A DNA stretch of 34,057 nucleotides from Omnitrophica WOR_2 bacterium GWA2_47_8 (GCA_001805375.1 MHFY01000022.1:7240-41296); one strand, 5' to 3'; shown: positions 24,475-34,057, counted from the stretch's first letter. The notes: generated by a model from the letters alone, not told the origin. Translations and numbers: made by a program.

Positions 24475-27257
24475 GCGGGATCGTTACCTACCCTTTTACC
24501 GAAAGCTTTATCGATAATCTCATCGATCATATCGATGAGCATTATATTAAGGAAGGCAAAGATCTAAGCCGTTTGGCCATTGTCTTCGGCGGGAAAAGGC
24601 CGTCTCTGTTCGTGAAAAGGGAATTGGCCACGCGCCTGAAAAAAGGATATTATTCGCCGCGGTTCTTTACGATCGATGAATTTATCGCCTACACGGCGCG
24701 GAAAGAAGAAAATTTCAATTCCGTTCTGGACCTGGATAACTGTTATCTCTTATATCAGCTGATCAAGAAATACACGCCGCAGATCTTAAAGGGACGGGAG
24801 ACCTTCGCGCAGTTCCTGCCCTGGACGCGGGAGATCCTGCATTTCATCGAACAGCTGGACTTAGAAAGGGTCGAGGACCAGAAATTAAAAGGCATCAAGG
24901 AAAGCGCGCAGATCGGGTTTACCGTGCCCGAGGACATCAACCGCTTGCTGCAGGCGATCATCATCCTGCGCAAAAATTATCACAAAGAATTAACGCAGCA
25001 GAAAATATACACCCGGGGTTTTCAATATTTAAGGGCGTCGGATATCGTCGGCAAGGCTGATTTCGCGGAATTTGACCAGGTTTTATTCTGTAACTTTTTT
25101 TACTTTAACCGCTGTGAGGAGGAGATCATAAAAGATCTGCATAGGCGCGATAAAGCGACGCTTATTTTTCAGGGGGATGAACGCAAATGGCCGGTCTTAA
25201 AACGCATAGCCAAAACTTTGAAAACAGAAATTGTGGAAGGCCCGGCGGTTAAGACGCCTTCTTTTGCTTTGAAACTGTACGCCGGGTTCAACGGCCACGC
25301 GCAAGTCGCCTGGGTGCGGGAGATCTTAAAGAAAATAAAGAATTTGAAGAACACCGTCATTGTCCTTCCGAACCCGGATGCGCTTGTGCCGCTTTTGTCA
25401 GAGATAACCAACCTGGACCAGGATTTTAATATCTCCATGGGCTATCCGCTCAAGCGCAGCAGTTTGTACGCGCTTTTGGAATTTATCTTTAAGGCCCAGG
25501 AATCAAAAAAAGAAAAGCGTTATTACAGCCGGGACTATTTAAAGGTGTTAAGTCACCCCTTTATTAAGAATTTAAAGATCACTGACAACTCCACGGTATC
25601 CCGCATTTTGATCCATAAGATCGAGGAGATCTTAACCGGCAAAGAGGCCACGGACCTTTCCGGAAGTTTATTTTTTAACCTAAAAGATATGGAATCCTTG
25701 GATGATCTATATGTGTTAACGCAGGAGACGCTCAGCCGTCTGGATATTCATATTGACCGTTCCGCGTTGGAAGAGATCTTAAAGACCCTGCATCAGATCT
25801 TATTCTTAAAGTGGGAGAAGGTCGGGAATTTTAAACAGTTCGCCGGCGCGCTGGAAGAATTTTTGAATGTATTGGTTGAAAAAAGTTTCCTGCATCATTA
25901 TCCGCTCAATATCAATATCGCCGCGCGGATCTCCGACATCAAAGAAGAATTCTTAAAGGCGCAATTCAACAAGGAAGAATTCCCACAGGAAGATATCTTC
26001 CGGATCTTTGATAGCAAATTGTCCAGGGAGATGGTGGCCTTTAAAGGTTCGCCTTTAAAGGGCCTGCAGATCTTGGGGCTTTTTGAGACCCGGTCTTTGA
26101 ACTTTGAGGAGGTGATCGTCCTGGATGTCAACGAGGGCGTGCTGCCGTACGTGGTCGTGCACGAACCGCTGATCCCGCGCGAGGTCATGATCAGTTTGGA
26201 TCTTGACCGGTTGGAGTTGGAGGAAGAGATCCAGCGTTATCAATTCATGCGGCTTATCTCATCAGCAAAGAATGTCCATCTCGTTTATCAGGAAAGCAAG
26301 GATAAGGAACGCAGTCGTTTTGTGGAGGAATTGGTTTGGCAGGAGGAAAAACAAAAAAAGGCCGTGGACGCGGTCCCGGTTTCGCGGGCGAGTTTTGAAG
26401 TGAAGGTGAATGCGCAGAGAAAGATCATCCCCAAGACCAAGGAGATGGTCGAAACACTCAAGAAGCACACCTTTTCCGCGTCGAGCATCAACATGTATCT
26501 GCGCAATCCGGTCGAATTTTATTACAATTACGTTTTGGGATTGCGCGAGCAGGAAGATCTGCTGGATGAACCAGAAGCTCGGCACGTGGGGACATTTGTG
26601 CACGAACTTCTGCACGAAAGTTTTAAGCCGTTCATTAATAAGACGCCAAAGATAGACGAGGTTTTCCGCAAGCGGTTCAACGCTGCCTTTGAGAATAAAT
26701 TTGAACAGACCCTGGCCAAACAGATGCATTCGGACAGTTTTCTTCTATATTCGGTCCTGAAAGAACGCCTGGCGCGTTTTTTGAATAACGAACAGTTTGA
26801 GCGGAAGGTGAAGAAGGTCCTCTTCTTGGAGACACGCTTTCAGGATCATTTATCCCTTTCCTGCGGGGACATCAAATTCAGCTACATCATCGACCGGATC
26901 GACCAATTGGAAGACGATACCGTCACGATCATTGACTATAAAACCGGCGGTATCGATCAAATGCCTAAAGCTATCGACCGGATCTCCAATGTAAAGCTTT
27001 CCCGCGAGTCCATCCGGGATACGGTCGTGTCCTTCCAATTGCCGCTGTATTTTCATTACCTGAACCGGGAGTTCAAAGGCCGGCCCGTTGATGCCTGCCT
27101 GTATAATCTGCGCACCATAAAGCTGCATTCTTTTCTGAATAAGAGGGCCAGTTCTTCGAAAGAGGACACAGATCAGGCCTTTTTAAGGGCGTTGGATTTT
27201 GTGGTGGGGGAGATATTGGACCCTGCGATTCCTTTTATCGAAGATGCAGAACTCTAA
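24471..27257 (+). CDS. addB: AddB-like PD-(D/E)XK nuclease subunit
   Basis: It forms an ATGA overlap with the addA stop. The 928-aa protein has C-terminal nuclease motifs 'IIDRIDQL...VTIIDYKTG' and 'QLPLY'. There is no intact N-terminal Walker A ('VFGGKRPS'). Confidence 0.65.
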   Translation: MSGIVTYPFTESFIDNLIDHIDEHYIKEGKDLSRLAIVFGGKRPSLFVKRELATRLKKGYYSPRFFTIDEFIAYTARKEENFNSVLDLDNCYLLYQLIKKYTPQILKGRETFAQFLPWTREILHFIEQLDLERVEDQKLKGIKESAQIGFTVPEDINRLLQAIIILRKNYHKELTQQKIYTRGFQYLRASDIVGKADFAEFDQVLFCNFFYFNRCEEEIIKDLHRRDKATLIFQGDERKWPVLKRIAKTLKTEIVEGPAVKTPSFALKLYAGFNGHAQVAWVREILKKIKNLKNTVIVLPNPDALVPLLSEITNLDQDFNISMGYPLKRSSLYALLEFIFKAQESKKEKRYYSRDYLKVLSHPFIKNLKITDNSTVSRILIHKIEEILTGKEATDLSGSLFFNLKDMESLDDLYVLTQETLSRLDIHIDRSALEEILKTLHQILFLKWEKVGNFKQFAGALEEFLNVLVEKSFLHHYPLNINIAARISDIKEEFLKAQFNKEEFPQEDIFRIFDSKLSREMVAFKGSPLKGLQILGLFETRSLNFEEVIVLDVNEGVLPYVVVHEPLIPREVMISLDLDRLELEEEIQRYQFMRLISSAKNVHLVYQESKDKERSRFVEELVWQEEKQKKAVDAVPVSRASFEVKVNAQRKIIPKTKEMVETLKKHTFSASSINMYLRNPVEFYYNYVLGLREQEDLLDEPEARHVGTFVHELLHESFKPFINKTPKIDEVFRKRFNAAFENKFEQTLAKQMHSDSFLLYSVLKERLARFLNNEQFERKVKKVLFLETRFQDHLSLSCGDIKFSYIIDRIDQLEDDTVTIIDYKTGGIDQMPKAIDRISNVKLSRESIRDTVVSFQLPLYFHYLNREFKGRPVDACLYNLRTIKLHSFLNKRASSSKEDTDQAFLRALDFVVGEILDPAIPFIEDAEL

Positions 27258-27265
27258 GACCTCCG

Positions 27266-27294
27266 TTGACTGTTCCTGTCTTTTGTGCTATTTT
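27266..27294 (+). promoter_or_regulatory. Sigma70-type promoter with extended -10
   Basis: -35 TTGACT (27266-27271), 17-nt spacer, TGc and -10 TATTTT (27289-27294). Confidence 0.45.
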
Positions 27295-27321
27295 ACCCCG
27301 CATAGTTTTTAAGACATTATT

Positions 27322-28041
27322 ATGACAACACATTCTACAGAAAGAACTTCCATGACTAGCGACCGTGTAAAGCAAATTCAGGGTAGAATCTCATCTATTT
27401 GCAAGAAGTTAAGAAGAAGTCCCAAGGACATTACCGTCATCGGGGTAACGAAATTTGCCTCTATCGAGAAGATCAAAGAGGCGATCGAAGCGGGTATCAC
27501 CCATATTGCCGAGAATAAGGTCCAGGAGGCGCAGAAGAAATTCCCGGAATTGAAAGCCGTTTATCCCGGATTGATCTGCCACATGATCGGGCATTTGCAG
27601 ACCAATAAAGTCAAAGATGTACTTGAAGTGTGTGACATTATCCAATCGGTGGACAGCCTGAAATTAGCCAAAGAGATCGAAAAGCAGGCGCAGAAATTAC
27701 AGCGTGAGATCGATACCCTGGTCCAGGTCAAGACCTCCGGCGAAGAACAGAAATTCGGGGCTGACCCCAAAGAAGCGCTTAAGTTTATTGGTCAAGTTTC
27801 CAACCTTAGGGGGATCCGCGTGGTCGGACTTATGACCATGGCGCCTTTTACCGAGGACAAAGATGTGGTCCGGGGCTGTTTCCGGCAGCTACGCGAAATC
27901 TATGAAAAGGCCGAAGTGCAATTTGAAGATTCTCCTAATGTTGTTATGAAATATCTTTCTATGGGCATGACGGATGATTACGATATCGCGATCGAAGAAG
28001 GGTCCAATATGGTGAGGATCGGACGGGCGATCTTTCAATAA
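27322..28041 (+). CDS. yggS: YggS-family pyridoxal-phosphate homeostasis protein
   Basis: Motifs are 'GVTKF', 'ENKVQEA', 'HMIGHLQTNKV', 'LSMGMTDDY' and 'VRIGRAIF'. The alternative start at 27352 gives a more typical 229-aa length. Confidence 0.85.
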   Translation: MTTHSTERTSMTSDRVKQIQGRISSICKKLRRSPKDITVIGVTKFASIEKIKEAIEAGITHIAENKVQEAQKKFPELKAVYPGLICHMIGHLQTNKVKDVLEVCDIIQSVDSLKLAKEIEKQAQKLQREIDTLVQVKTSGEEQKFGADPKEALKFIGQVSNLRGIRVVGLMTMAPFTEDKDVVRGCFRQLREIYEKAEVQFEDSPNVVMKYLSMGMTDDYDIAIEEGSNMVRIGRAIFQ

Positions 28042-28048
28042 GGAAATT

Positions 28049-28834
28049 ATGAAAAAAATAGCAATTATCGGCGGCGGAAACATGGGCGCGGCGATCTTTA
28101 GCCGTGTGCGGGGGGAATTCTCTGTCTGTGTGTGCGAAGCAAGCGCAGAGCGCCAGTCCTTCTTAAAGCGCAATTTTAAGATCAAAACAGAAGATATAAA
28201 ATCAGCCGTTAAGAAGAGTGATGTTATTATTCTTGCGGTGAAACCGCAGGATTTTGATCCGGTTTTAAATGAGATCCGCCCGTTTATCAGTTCAAAAAAA
28301 TTAGTCATTTCGATCGCCGCCGGCGTCACATCCATATATATTGAAGAACAATTAGGAGAAGGGGCTCGGGTTATCCGGACCATGCCTAATATGCCTGCCC
28401 AGATCAGTGAAGGGATAACCGCTATTGCCGGCGGAAAATTAGCCAAGCCGGCGGATATTAAATTAGCCCAAACAATTTTTAATTGTGTCGGAAAAACGAT
28501 CACGGTCGAGGAAAATTTGATCGACGCGATCACGGCTGTTTCAGGCAGCGGGCCGGCGTATGTTTTTCTTTTTGTAGAGTGCTTAATGAAAGCTGCTCAA
28601 GCGCTTGGTTTAAATGAGGCGCAGAGCAGGGAATTAGTTTATTCAACCCTTGCCGGCAGCGCGCATCTTTTGGAAAGATCCAGAGACGATGCCGCAACGC
28701 TGCGTTCCAAAGTCACATCCAAAGGCGGAACGACCCAGGCCGCGATGGATGTCTTCACGCAATATAATATAGAGAAGATATTCCAGGAAGCTTTGAGCGC
28801 GGCTCAAAAAAGAGCAAAAGAATTATCCAAATAA
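28049..28834 (+). CDS. proC: Pyrroline-5-carboxylate reductase
   Basis: Motifs are 'IAIIGGGNMG', 'AVSGSGPAYVF' and 'VTSKGGTTQAA'. Confidence 0.9.
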   Translation: MKKIAIIGGGNMGAAIFSRVRGEFSVCVCEASAERQSFLKRNFKIKTEDIKSAVKKSDVIILAVKPQDFDPVLNEIRPFISSKKLVISIAAGVTSIYIEEQLGEGARVIRTMPNMPAQISEGITAIAGGKLAKPADIKLAQTIFNCVGKTITVEENLIDAITAVSGSGPAYVFLFVECLMKAAQALGLNEAQSRELVYSTLAGSAHLLERSRDDAATLRSKVTSKGGTTQAAMDVFTQYNIEKIFQEALSAAQKRAKELSK

Positions 28835-28844
28835 GCGAGAGAAC

Positions 28845-29705
28845 ATGACAAAAGTCGGCATCATAGGCGGTAGCGGTCTTTATGAGATCGAAGGTTTCTC
28901 TGGAGAAAAAGAAGTCTCGGTCACCACACCTTTCGGGAAAACGTCCGATAAATTGATCACCGGAAAATTAGACGGGGTCAGCGTGGTCTTTTTGCCGCGA
29001 CACGGCAAGGGGCATCGGATCAATCCGACGGAAGTCAATTACCGCGCTAATATTTATGCCATGAAAGAATTAGGTGTTGATGCGGTCATTTCTGTGACGG
29101 CCTGCGGAAGTTTGAAGGAAGCGATCAAGCCTTTGGATTTCGTTGTTCCGGATCAGTTTGTGGACCGCACGAATAAAAATCGCGCCTCGACTTTTTTTGA
29201 AGGGGGTATCGTCGCGCATGTGGCGTTCGCTGAACCGTTCTCTGGAGAGATCCGTAAGATCTTGATCGACAGCGCCAAAGGTTTGAAACTGACCGTGCAT
29301 GAAAAAGGGACCTACCTTAATATGGAAGGCCCGCAGTTCTCCACAAAAGCGGAATCCAATCTTTACCGCAGCTGGGGCATGGATATCATCGGCATGACCA
29401 ATTTAACCGAGGCAAAATTGGCCCGCGAGGCGGAAATTTCCTACGCGTCTTTGGCCGCGGTCACGGATTATGATTGCTGGCACCCGGAGCATGATTCGGT
29501 CACCATCGAAATGATCATTCAGTATTTGACCAAGAACGCGGAGAACGCGAAAAGGATTTTAAAGGCCGCTGTCCCGAAGATCGGAAAATTAAAGGCCTTT
29601 AGCGCCCAGGACGCTTTAAAGTTCGCCATTGTGACTAACCCTAAGCTCATCCCAGCCAAAAAGAAAAAAGATTTAGCGATACTGATCGGGAAATATATCA
29701 AGTAG
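28845..29705 (+). CDS. mtnP: S-methyl-5'-thioadenosine phosphorylase
   Basis: Motifs are 'GIIGGSGLY', 'FLPRHGKGHRINPTEVNYRANIYA' and 'GMTNLTEAKLAREAE'. Confidence 0.85.
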   Translation: MTKVGIIGGSGLYEIEGFSGEKEVSVTTPFGKTSDKLITGKLDGVSVVFLPRHGKGHRINPTEVNYRANIYAMKELGVDAVISVTACGSLKEAIKPLDFVVPDQFVDRTNKNRASTFFEGGIVAHVAFAEPFSGEIRKILIDSAKGLKLTVHEKGTYLNMEGPQFSTKAESNLYRSWGMDIIGMTNLTEAKLAREAEISYASLAAVTDYDCWHPEHDSVTIEMIIQYLTKNAENAKRILKAAVPKIGKLKAFSAQDALKFAIVTNPKLIPAKKKKDLAILIGKYIK

Positions 29706-29707
29706 TC

Positions 29708-32524
29708 ATGGATTACCAAAAAACCCTCAATTTGCCGCAGACGGATTTTCCGATGAAGGCCAACCTCGTTCAGCGCGAGCCCGCGCTTTTGGAAAAGTGG
29801 TACAAGGACGGCCTTTATTTTCAGATCCGCAATAAATCCAAGGGCAAGAAAACTTTTATCCTGCACGACGGGCCGCCCTACGCCAACGGCAATATCCATA
29901 TCGGCCACGCCTTAAATAAGATCCTCAAAGACATGATCGTCAAATTCCGCAACATGGAAGGATACGACAGCATTTATGTCCCCGGCTGGGATTGTCACGG
30001 GCTTCCCATCGAGCATCAGCTTTTTAAGGAGTTAAAAAAGAAAAAAAGTGAAGTCGATACGGTCGAGTTCCGTAAAAAGGCGCATGAGTTTGCCATGAAA
30101 TACGTCAACATTCAGCGCGAGGAATTCAAACGTTTAGGCGTGTTAGGCGATTGGGAGCATCCGTATTTAACTTTGACCCCGGAATACGAGTATTGGATAT
30201 TGAAATCTTTTGCCCAGCTGGTTAAAAAAGGATACATCTATCACGGTTTAAAACCGGTCAATTGGTGTTTTGATTGCGAGACCGCCTTGGCGGAAGCGGA
30301 AGTCGAATATGAAGACCATACGTCACCGTCGGCGTATGTCAAATTTAAGGTCAATAATCCGCAGGCGTTAAAAGAGATCCCTAAAGGAAAAGATGTTTAT
30401 CTTCTCATCTGGACGACCACGCCCTGGACGCTTCTGGCGAACGTGGCGGTGGCGGTCCATCCGGCGTATCTGTATGAATTGGTTGAGGTCAACAACGAGA
30501 TCCTGATCATCGAAAAGACGCTGGTTGAGCGCGTGATGGAAAAAACCGGGATCAAAAAATATTCCTTACTGAAAGAAATCTCCGGAGAGAAATTAAAAAA
30601 TCTCCTTTATCAGCACCCTTTTGGTATCAAAGAAAATTGCCGTGTCATTACCGTGGATTATGTCACGAGAGATGACGGGACCGGGTTGGTGCACACCGCG
30701 CCGGGCCATGGGCAGGAAGATTTTGAGGCGGGCCAGCTGCATAACTTAGAAATTTTGATGCCGGTCAATGACCGGGGCGTTTTTACCGAGCAGGGCGGGC
30801 CTTTTAAAGGCCAGCATGTTTTTAAAGCCAATCCGGAGATCATCAATGATCTTAAAAATAGAGGATTTTTATTTTTATCCGAAGACATCCCGCATTCCTA
30901 TCCGCATTGCTGGCGCTGTAAAAAGCCGATCATCTTTCGCGCAACACAGCAATGGTTTTTAAAGATCGATCATGATAACCTGCGCGGAAAATTAAAAGAG
31001 GCGATCAAGCATCGGGTGAAATGGATCCCTGAAACAGGGGAAGAGCGGATCCTCGGCATGGTGACTACGCGGCCGGATTGGTGCCTGTCCCGGCAACGGC
31101 ATTGGGGTGTTCCCATCCCCGCGTTGTTATGTTTGGGCTGCGGCAAAAAACATAAATTATTCGTCGAGGTCATCGAGCATTTGGCGGATATCGTTAAGAA
31201 AAGCGGAAGCGATGCCTGGTTTGAAAAAGATATCAAGGACCTTTTGCCTAAAAATTTTAAATGCCCTGACTGTAAAAAAAGCCAATTCGAAAAAACTTAC
31301 GATATTTTGGATGTTTGGTTTGATTCCGGAGTCAGCCACCAAGCGGTTGTCAAAGCCATGCTGAAAAAAGAACTTCCCATTGAGCTTTACCTGGAAGGTT
31401 CGGACCAACACCGCGGCTGGTTTCAGTCTTCGCTTATCCCGGCCGTTGCCATGGAAGGAAAGCCTCCGTACGCGGCGGTCTTAACGCATGGATTTGTGGT
31501 GGATGGCGAGGGCCGAAAGATGTCGAAATCGTTAGGCAACGTCATTGCCCCGCAAGAGATCATGAAAAATAACGGCGCGGATATTTTAAGGCTATGGGTC
31601 GCTTCCAGCAGTTATCATGATGATATCCGCCTTTCAAAAGAGATCCTTGACCGGATGGTGGACAGCTACCGCAAGATCCGCAACACCTTCCGATATCTTT
31701 TAAGCAATCTTTATGACTTTAATCCGCAAAAAGATGAGGTCAGCTATGATGATATCCTGGATATCGATAAGTGGGCGCTCTATAAACTTAACACGCTGAT
31801 CCGCGACGTACGGCAGTCGTATGATCTGTATGATTTTGCGAAGGTGACAAAATTGATTTTTGCCTTTTGTAACGAGGATCTGTCCAGTTTTTATCTTGAC
31901 ATCCTAAAAGATCGATTGTATACTTCCCCATCCAAATCAGCGGAAAGGCGTTCCGCGCAGACCGTTCTTTATTATATCTTGACGCATCTGGTGGGTCTTT
32001 TGGCACCGGTGCTGAGTTTTACCACAGAAGAAGTTTTCAATTACATGCCCAAGAACGTTCATTCATCCCTGGAATCCAGCGTTCATCTTTTAGTTTGGGA
32101 AAAAGCTTCGGCCCATTGGGACAATGAACATATCGCTGAAAAATTCAAGCTATTGATCGATCTAAGGCCATTTGTGCTTAAGGCATTAGAGGAAAAAAGA
32201 CGGAACGGCAGCATCGGCAGTTCTCTCGAAGCCAAGGTGATCTTTAAAACAGCTTCACAACGCGATCATGATTATTTAAATTCCTTGGCCGGTCTTTTAC
32301 CATCGATATTTATCGTTTCTCAGGTTGAAATAAAAAAGGTCGCCAGTGTCGAAGAAGGTTTAGGCGAGGTATTTGCCAAGACCGCGGTTGCGGTGGAAAA
32401 GGCCGACGGCGAAAAATGTATCCGCTGCTGGGCCTATCGGACCGATATCGGGGTCGATAAAGAACACGCGCAGTTATGCGGGCGGTGTCTTAAGGCGATC
32501 AAGGAAGAATCGGGTTTAAAATAA
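29708..32524 (+). CDS. ileS: Isoleucine--tRNA ligase
   Basis: It has HIGH 'PPYANGNIHIGHAL', KMSKS 'KMSKSLGN', a CP1 editing insert and a C-terminal zinc finger 'CIRCW...CGRC'. Confidence 0.95.
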   Translation: MDYQKTLNLPQTDFPMKANLVQREPALLEKWYKDGLYFQIRNKSKGKKTFILHDGPPYANGNIHIGHALNKILKDMIVKFRNMEGYDSIYVPGWDCHGLPIEHQLFKELKKKKSEVDTVEFRKKAHEFAMKYVNIQREEFKRLGVLGDWEHPYLTLTPEYEYWILKSFAQLVKKGYIYHGLKPVNWCFDCETALAEAEVEYEDHTSPSAYVKFKVNNPQALKEIPKGKDVYLLIWTTTPWTLLANVAVAVHPAYLYELVEVNNEILIIEKTLVERVMEKTGIKKYSLLKEISGEKLKNLLYQHPFGIKENCRVITVDYVTRDDGTGLVHTAPGHGQEDFEAGQLHNLEILMPVNDRGVFTEQGGPFKGQHVFKANPEIINDLKNRGFLFLSEDIPHSYPHCWRCKKPIIFRATQQWFLKIDHDNLRGKLKEAIKHRVKWIPETGEERILGMVTTRPDWCLSRQRHWGVPIPALLCLGCGKKHKLFVEVIEHLADIVKKSGSDAWFEKDIKDLLPKNFKCPDCKKSQFEKTYDILDVWFDSGVSHQAVVKAMLKKELPIELYLEGSDQHRGWFQSSLIPAVAMEGKPPYAAVLTHGFVVDGEGRKMSKSLGNVIAPQEIMKNNGADILRLWVASSSYHDDIRLSKEILDRMVDSYRKIRNTFRYLLSNLYDFNPQKDEVSYDDILDIDKWALYKLNTLIRDVRQSYDLYDFAKVTKLIFAFCNEDLSSFYLDILKDRLYTSPSKSAERRSAQTVLYYILTHLVGLLAPVLSFTTEEVFNYMPKNVHSSLESSVHLLVWEKASAHWDNEHIAEKFKLLIDLRPFVLKALEEKRRNGSIGSSLEAKVIFKTASQRDHDYLNSLAGLLPSIFIVSQVEIKKVASVEEGLGEVFAKTAVAVEKADGEKCIRCWAYRTDIGVDKEHAQLCGRCLKAIKEESGLK

Positions 32525-32593
32525 ACAATAGTTTTACTTGCGCAGTTTTTTTCCGTGTTTAGAATTAATTAAAGCAATAAGGAGAGATGGTCA

Positions 32594-32989
32594 ATGCCAA
32601 CAACCAAGAAATTAGATAGAAAAATATTGGATGCTTATAAAAAGACCCTTATGCACATGAAAGAAAAACTTGTGCATGATATCAAGAATATGGCTCATGA
32701 ATCCGCTGATTCCGAAGCGAATTCTAAAGATGTTTCCGGTCACGCGCTGCATATGGCGGATGTCGCAACCGATATGTATGACCGCGAATTTAATCTCGGC
32801 CTTGCCTCTAATGACCGGGAAGTCCTCAATAAGATCGAATCAGCCTTAAAACGGATTTCAGATCAATCTTTTGGTCTTTGCATTGAATGTAGCAAGCTTA
32901 TCGCTACCGCGAGACTTAAAGCGATCCCCTACGTTGAGACCTGCTTGAAGTGCCAAGAAAAGCTTGAAGGATCAGCAGGACGCCGATAA
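32594..32989 (+). CDS. DksA/TraR-family C4 zinc-finger protein
   Basis: SD 'aaggagag' lies upstream. It has a coiled-coil N-terminal part and a 'CIECSKLI...ETCLKCQ' zinc finger. Confidence 0.8.
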   Translation: MPTTKKLDRKILDAYKKTLMHMKEKLVHDIKNMAHESADSEANSKDVSGHALHMADVATDMYDREFNLGLASNDREVLNKIESALKRISDQSFGLCIECSKLIATARLKAIPYVETCLKCQEKLEGSAGRR

Positions 32990-33030
32990 TCTTTTTAAAG
33001 CTTTTCTCTTCAAGGTATAGATATAACCTG

Positions 33031-33510
33031 ATGAGAAATCCCGATCGTTCACAAATCGATATTTTCCTCTCCTTGATCACGGTTGTTGTCATTATCTTCC
33101 TTGACCGTTTGAGCAAAATCTTCTTTTCTAAGTTGCTTTCCGCAGGCGAATCCTTGCCGATCATTAAAAATGTTTTTCATATGACCCTGGTCCATAATAC
33201 GGGAATAGCCTTTGGGCTTTTTAAAGATCAGGGTATTGTTTTTATCATTATCCCGGTTATCGCGGTCATTCTTTTGATCTTTAATATTTTTTATTATAAG
33301 AACAACAAAGAACTGAGCCGCACCTATATCTTAGGGTTTTCTCTTATATTGGGAGGGGCCATTGGCAATTTAGTGGACCGCATCAACTACGGTTATGTGA
33401 TCGATTTTATCGATTTTCGTTTTTGGCCTGTCTTCAATATCGCCGATAGCGCCATAACTATCGGCGCCATCATTATAGGGATCAAATGTATCCTATTATC
33501 TGCCAAGTAG
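33031..33510 (+). CDS. lspA: Lipoprotein signal peptidase II
   Basis: Motifs are 'NTGIAFG', 'GNLVDR', 'VIDFIDF' and 'FNIADSAI'. It has four TM segments. Confidence 0.9.
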   Translation: MRNPDRSQIDIFLSLITVVVIIFLDRLSKIFFSKLLSAGESLPIIKNVFHMTLVHNTGIAFGLFKDQGIVFIIIPVIAVILLIFNIFYYKNNKELSRTYILGFSLILGGAIGNLVDRINYGYVIDFIDFRFWPVFNIADSAITIGAIIIGIKCILLSAK

Positions 33511-34057
33511 GCGATTTCGCCATCTATTCGTACGGGGTCATGATGGCCCTGGCCGTTATCCTCTGCAGTATCCTTTTGTCCCGCGATGCAACTAAGATCG
33601 GAATAAAAAGCGAAGTGATCTTTGATTTTGTGTTCTGGCTCGTTTTGGGAGGGATCGTCGGGGCCAGGCTTTTTTTTATCATTCTTAATTTGGAATATTT
33701 TTCCGTTCAGCCTTTAGAGGTTTTGAATGTCCGCAGCGGCGGCTTGGCCTGGCAGGGCGGGCTTGTTTTTGGGACCATCGCGGGGCTGGCATTTATAAGG
33801 GCAAAGAAGCTTCCGCTATTTATCACTCTGGATCTGGCCGCACCATACATTGCCTTAGGGCAGGCGATCGGGCGTTTGGGCTGTTTTTTAAACGGATGCT
33901 GTCATGGTAAAGAATCCGACTGGGGATTATTTTTTCCCATACACAATGCCGCCCTTATCCCGACCCAGCTTTTTTCTGCTGCCGGGTTATTCGTTATTTT
34001 CTTGGTCCTTAAAAAGTACCAAACGCTGACGCACAAAGAAGGTCAGGTTTTTTTTCT
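33486..34057 (+). CDS. lgt: Prolipoprotein diacylglyceryl transferase, N-terminal part (runs off the window; absent from the ORF track)
   Basis: The ATG at 33486 overlaps the lspA 3' end by 25 nt. My translation reads MYPIICQVGDFAIYSYGVMMALA...GGLAWQGG...GQAIGRLGCFLNGCCHG..., the Lgt signature. The frame stays open to nt 34057. Confidence 0.85.
   Translation, partial: MYPIICQVGDFAIYSYGVMMALAVILCSILLSRDATKIGIKSEVIFDFVFWLVLGGIVGARLFFIILNLEYFSVQPLEVLNVRSGGLAWQGGLVFGTIAGLAFIRAKKLPLFITLDLAAPYIALGQAIGRLGCFLNGCCHGKESDWGLFFPIHNAALIPTQLFSAAGLFVIFLVLKKYQTLTHKEGQVFF

Noticed and set aside
26262-26729. 155-aa minus-strand ORF inside addB, plus several 60-130-aa ORFs antisense to addA/addB (22219-23693)
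   Set aside because: All are embedded in the long, motif-bearing + strand genes. Their composition is that of antisense frames.
27889-28533. 214-aa ORF on the minus strand
   Set aside because: It lies entirely antisense to the well-supported yggS 3' end and proC. The translation is low-complexity, has no recognisable motif and no SD. This is a typical shadow ORF.
1-34057. Search by eye for tRNA/rRNA genes, CRISPR repeats, IS ends/transposases, integrases, toxin-antitoxin pairs or known defence genes
   Set aside because: None found. All spacers longer than 60 nt were read individually and contain only promoter-like, hairpin or leader sequence. No regularly spaced direct repeats were seen.

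Overview
The window is almost fully coding bacterial chromosome, roughly mid-40s % GC by eye. It uses the standard code: TGA is a stop and there are several ATGA start/stop overlaps. Mla, LspA and Lgt indicate a diderm, lipoprotein-processing cell, probably an uncultivated lineage. I found no rRNA, tRNA, CRISPR array, transposase or integrase.

Gene order:
- Partial receiver-domain gene, then a membrane-fused spermidine-synthase-like protein.
- yadG/yadH-like ABC-2 exporter.
- Receiver-mlaE-mlaF-mlaD-lipoprotein operon.
- A 407-nt AT-rich spacer carrying a promoter, structured leader and terminator, ahead of a monocistronic 'TM-helix' membrane protein.
- SpoU-type RNA methyltransferase.
- Atypical receiver plus a small membrane protein, then a HIBADH-family dehydrogenase.
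- A tightly coupled otsA-otsB-unknown-treT trehalose operon.
- An envelope-glycosylation cluster (15.5-21.2 kb): Rv3806c-like UbiA phosphoribosyltransferase, SAM methyltransferase, GT39/ArnT-like GT-C, HAD-IB phosphatase and two further membrane proteins.
- addA/addB helicase-nuclease.
- Housekeeping run: yggS, proC, mtnP, ileS, dksA-like, lspA and a partial lgt.

The best candidate for something undescribed is the glycosylation cluster, which looks like a lipid-linked pentose donor pathway with no DprE1/DprE2 epimerase in the window. Secondary candidates are two structured non-coding leaders (2563-2727 and 7777-8000), an unrecognised ORF embedded in the trehalose operon, and atypical receiver domains. 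All calls rest on reading the translations and the sequence by eye; no searches were run.
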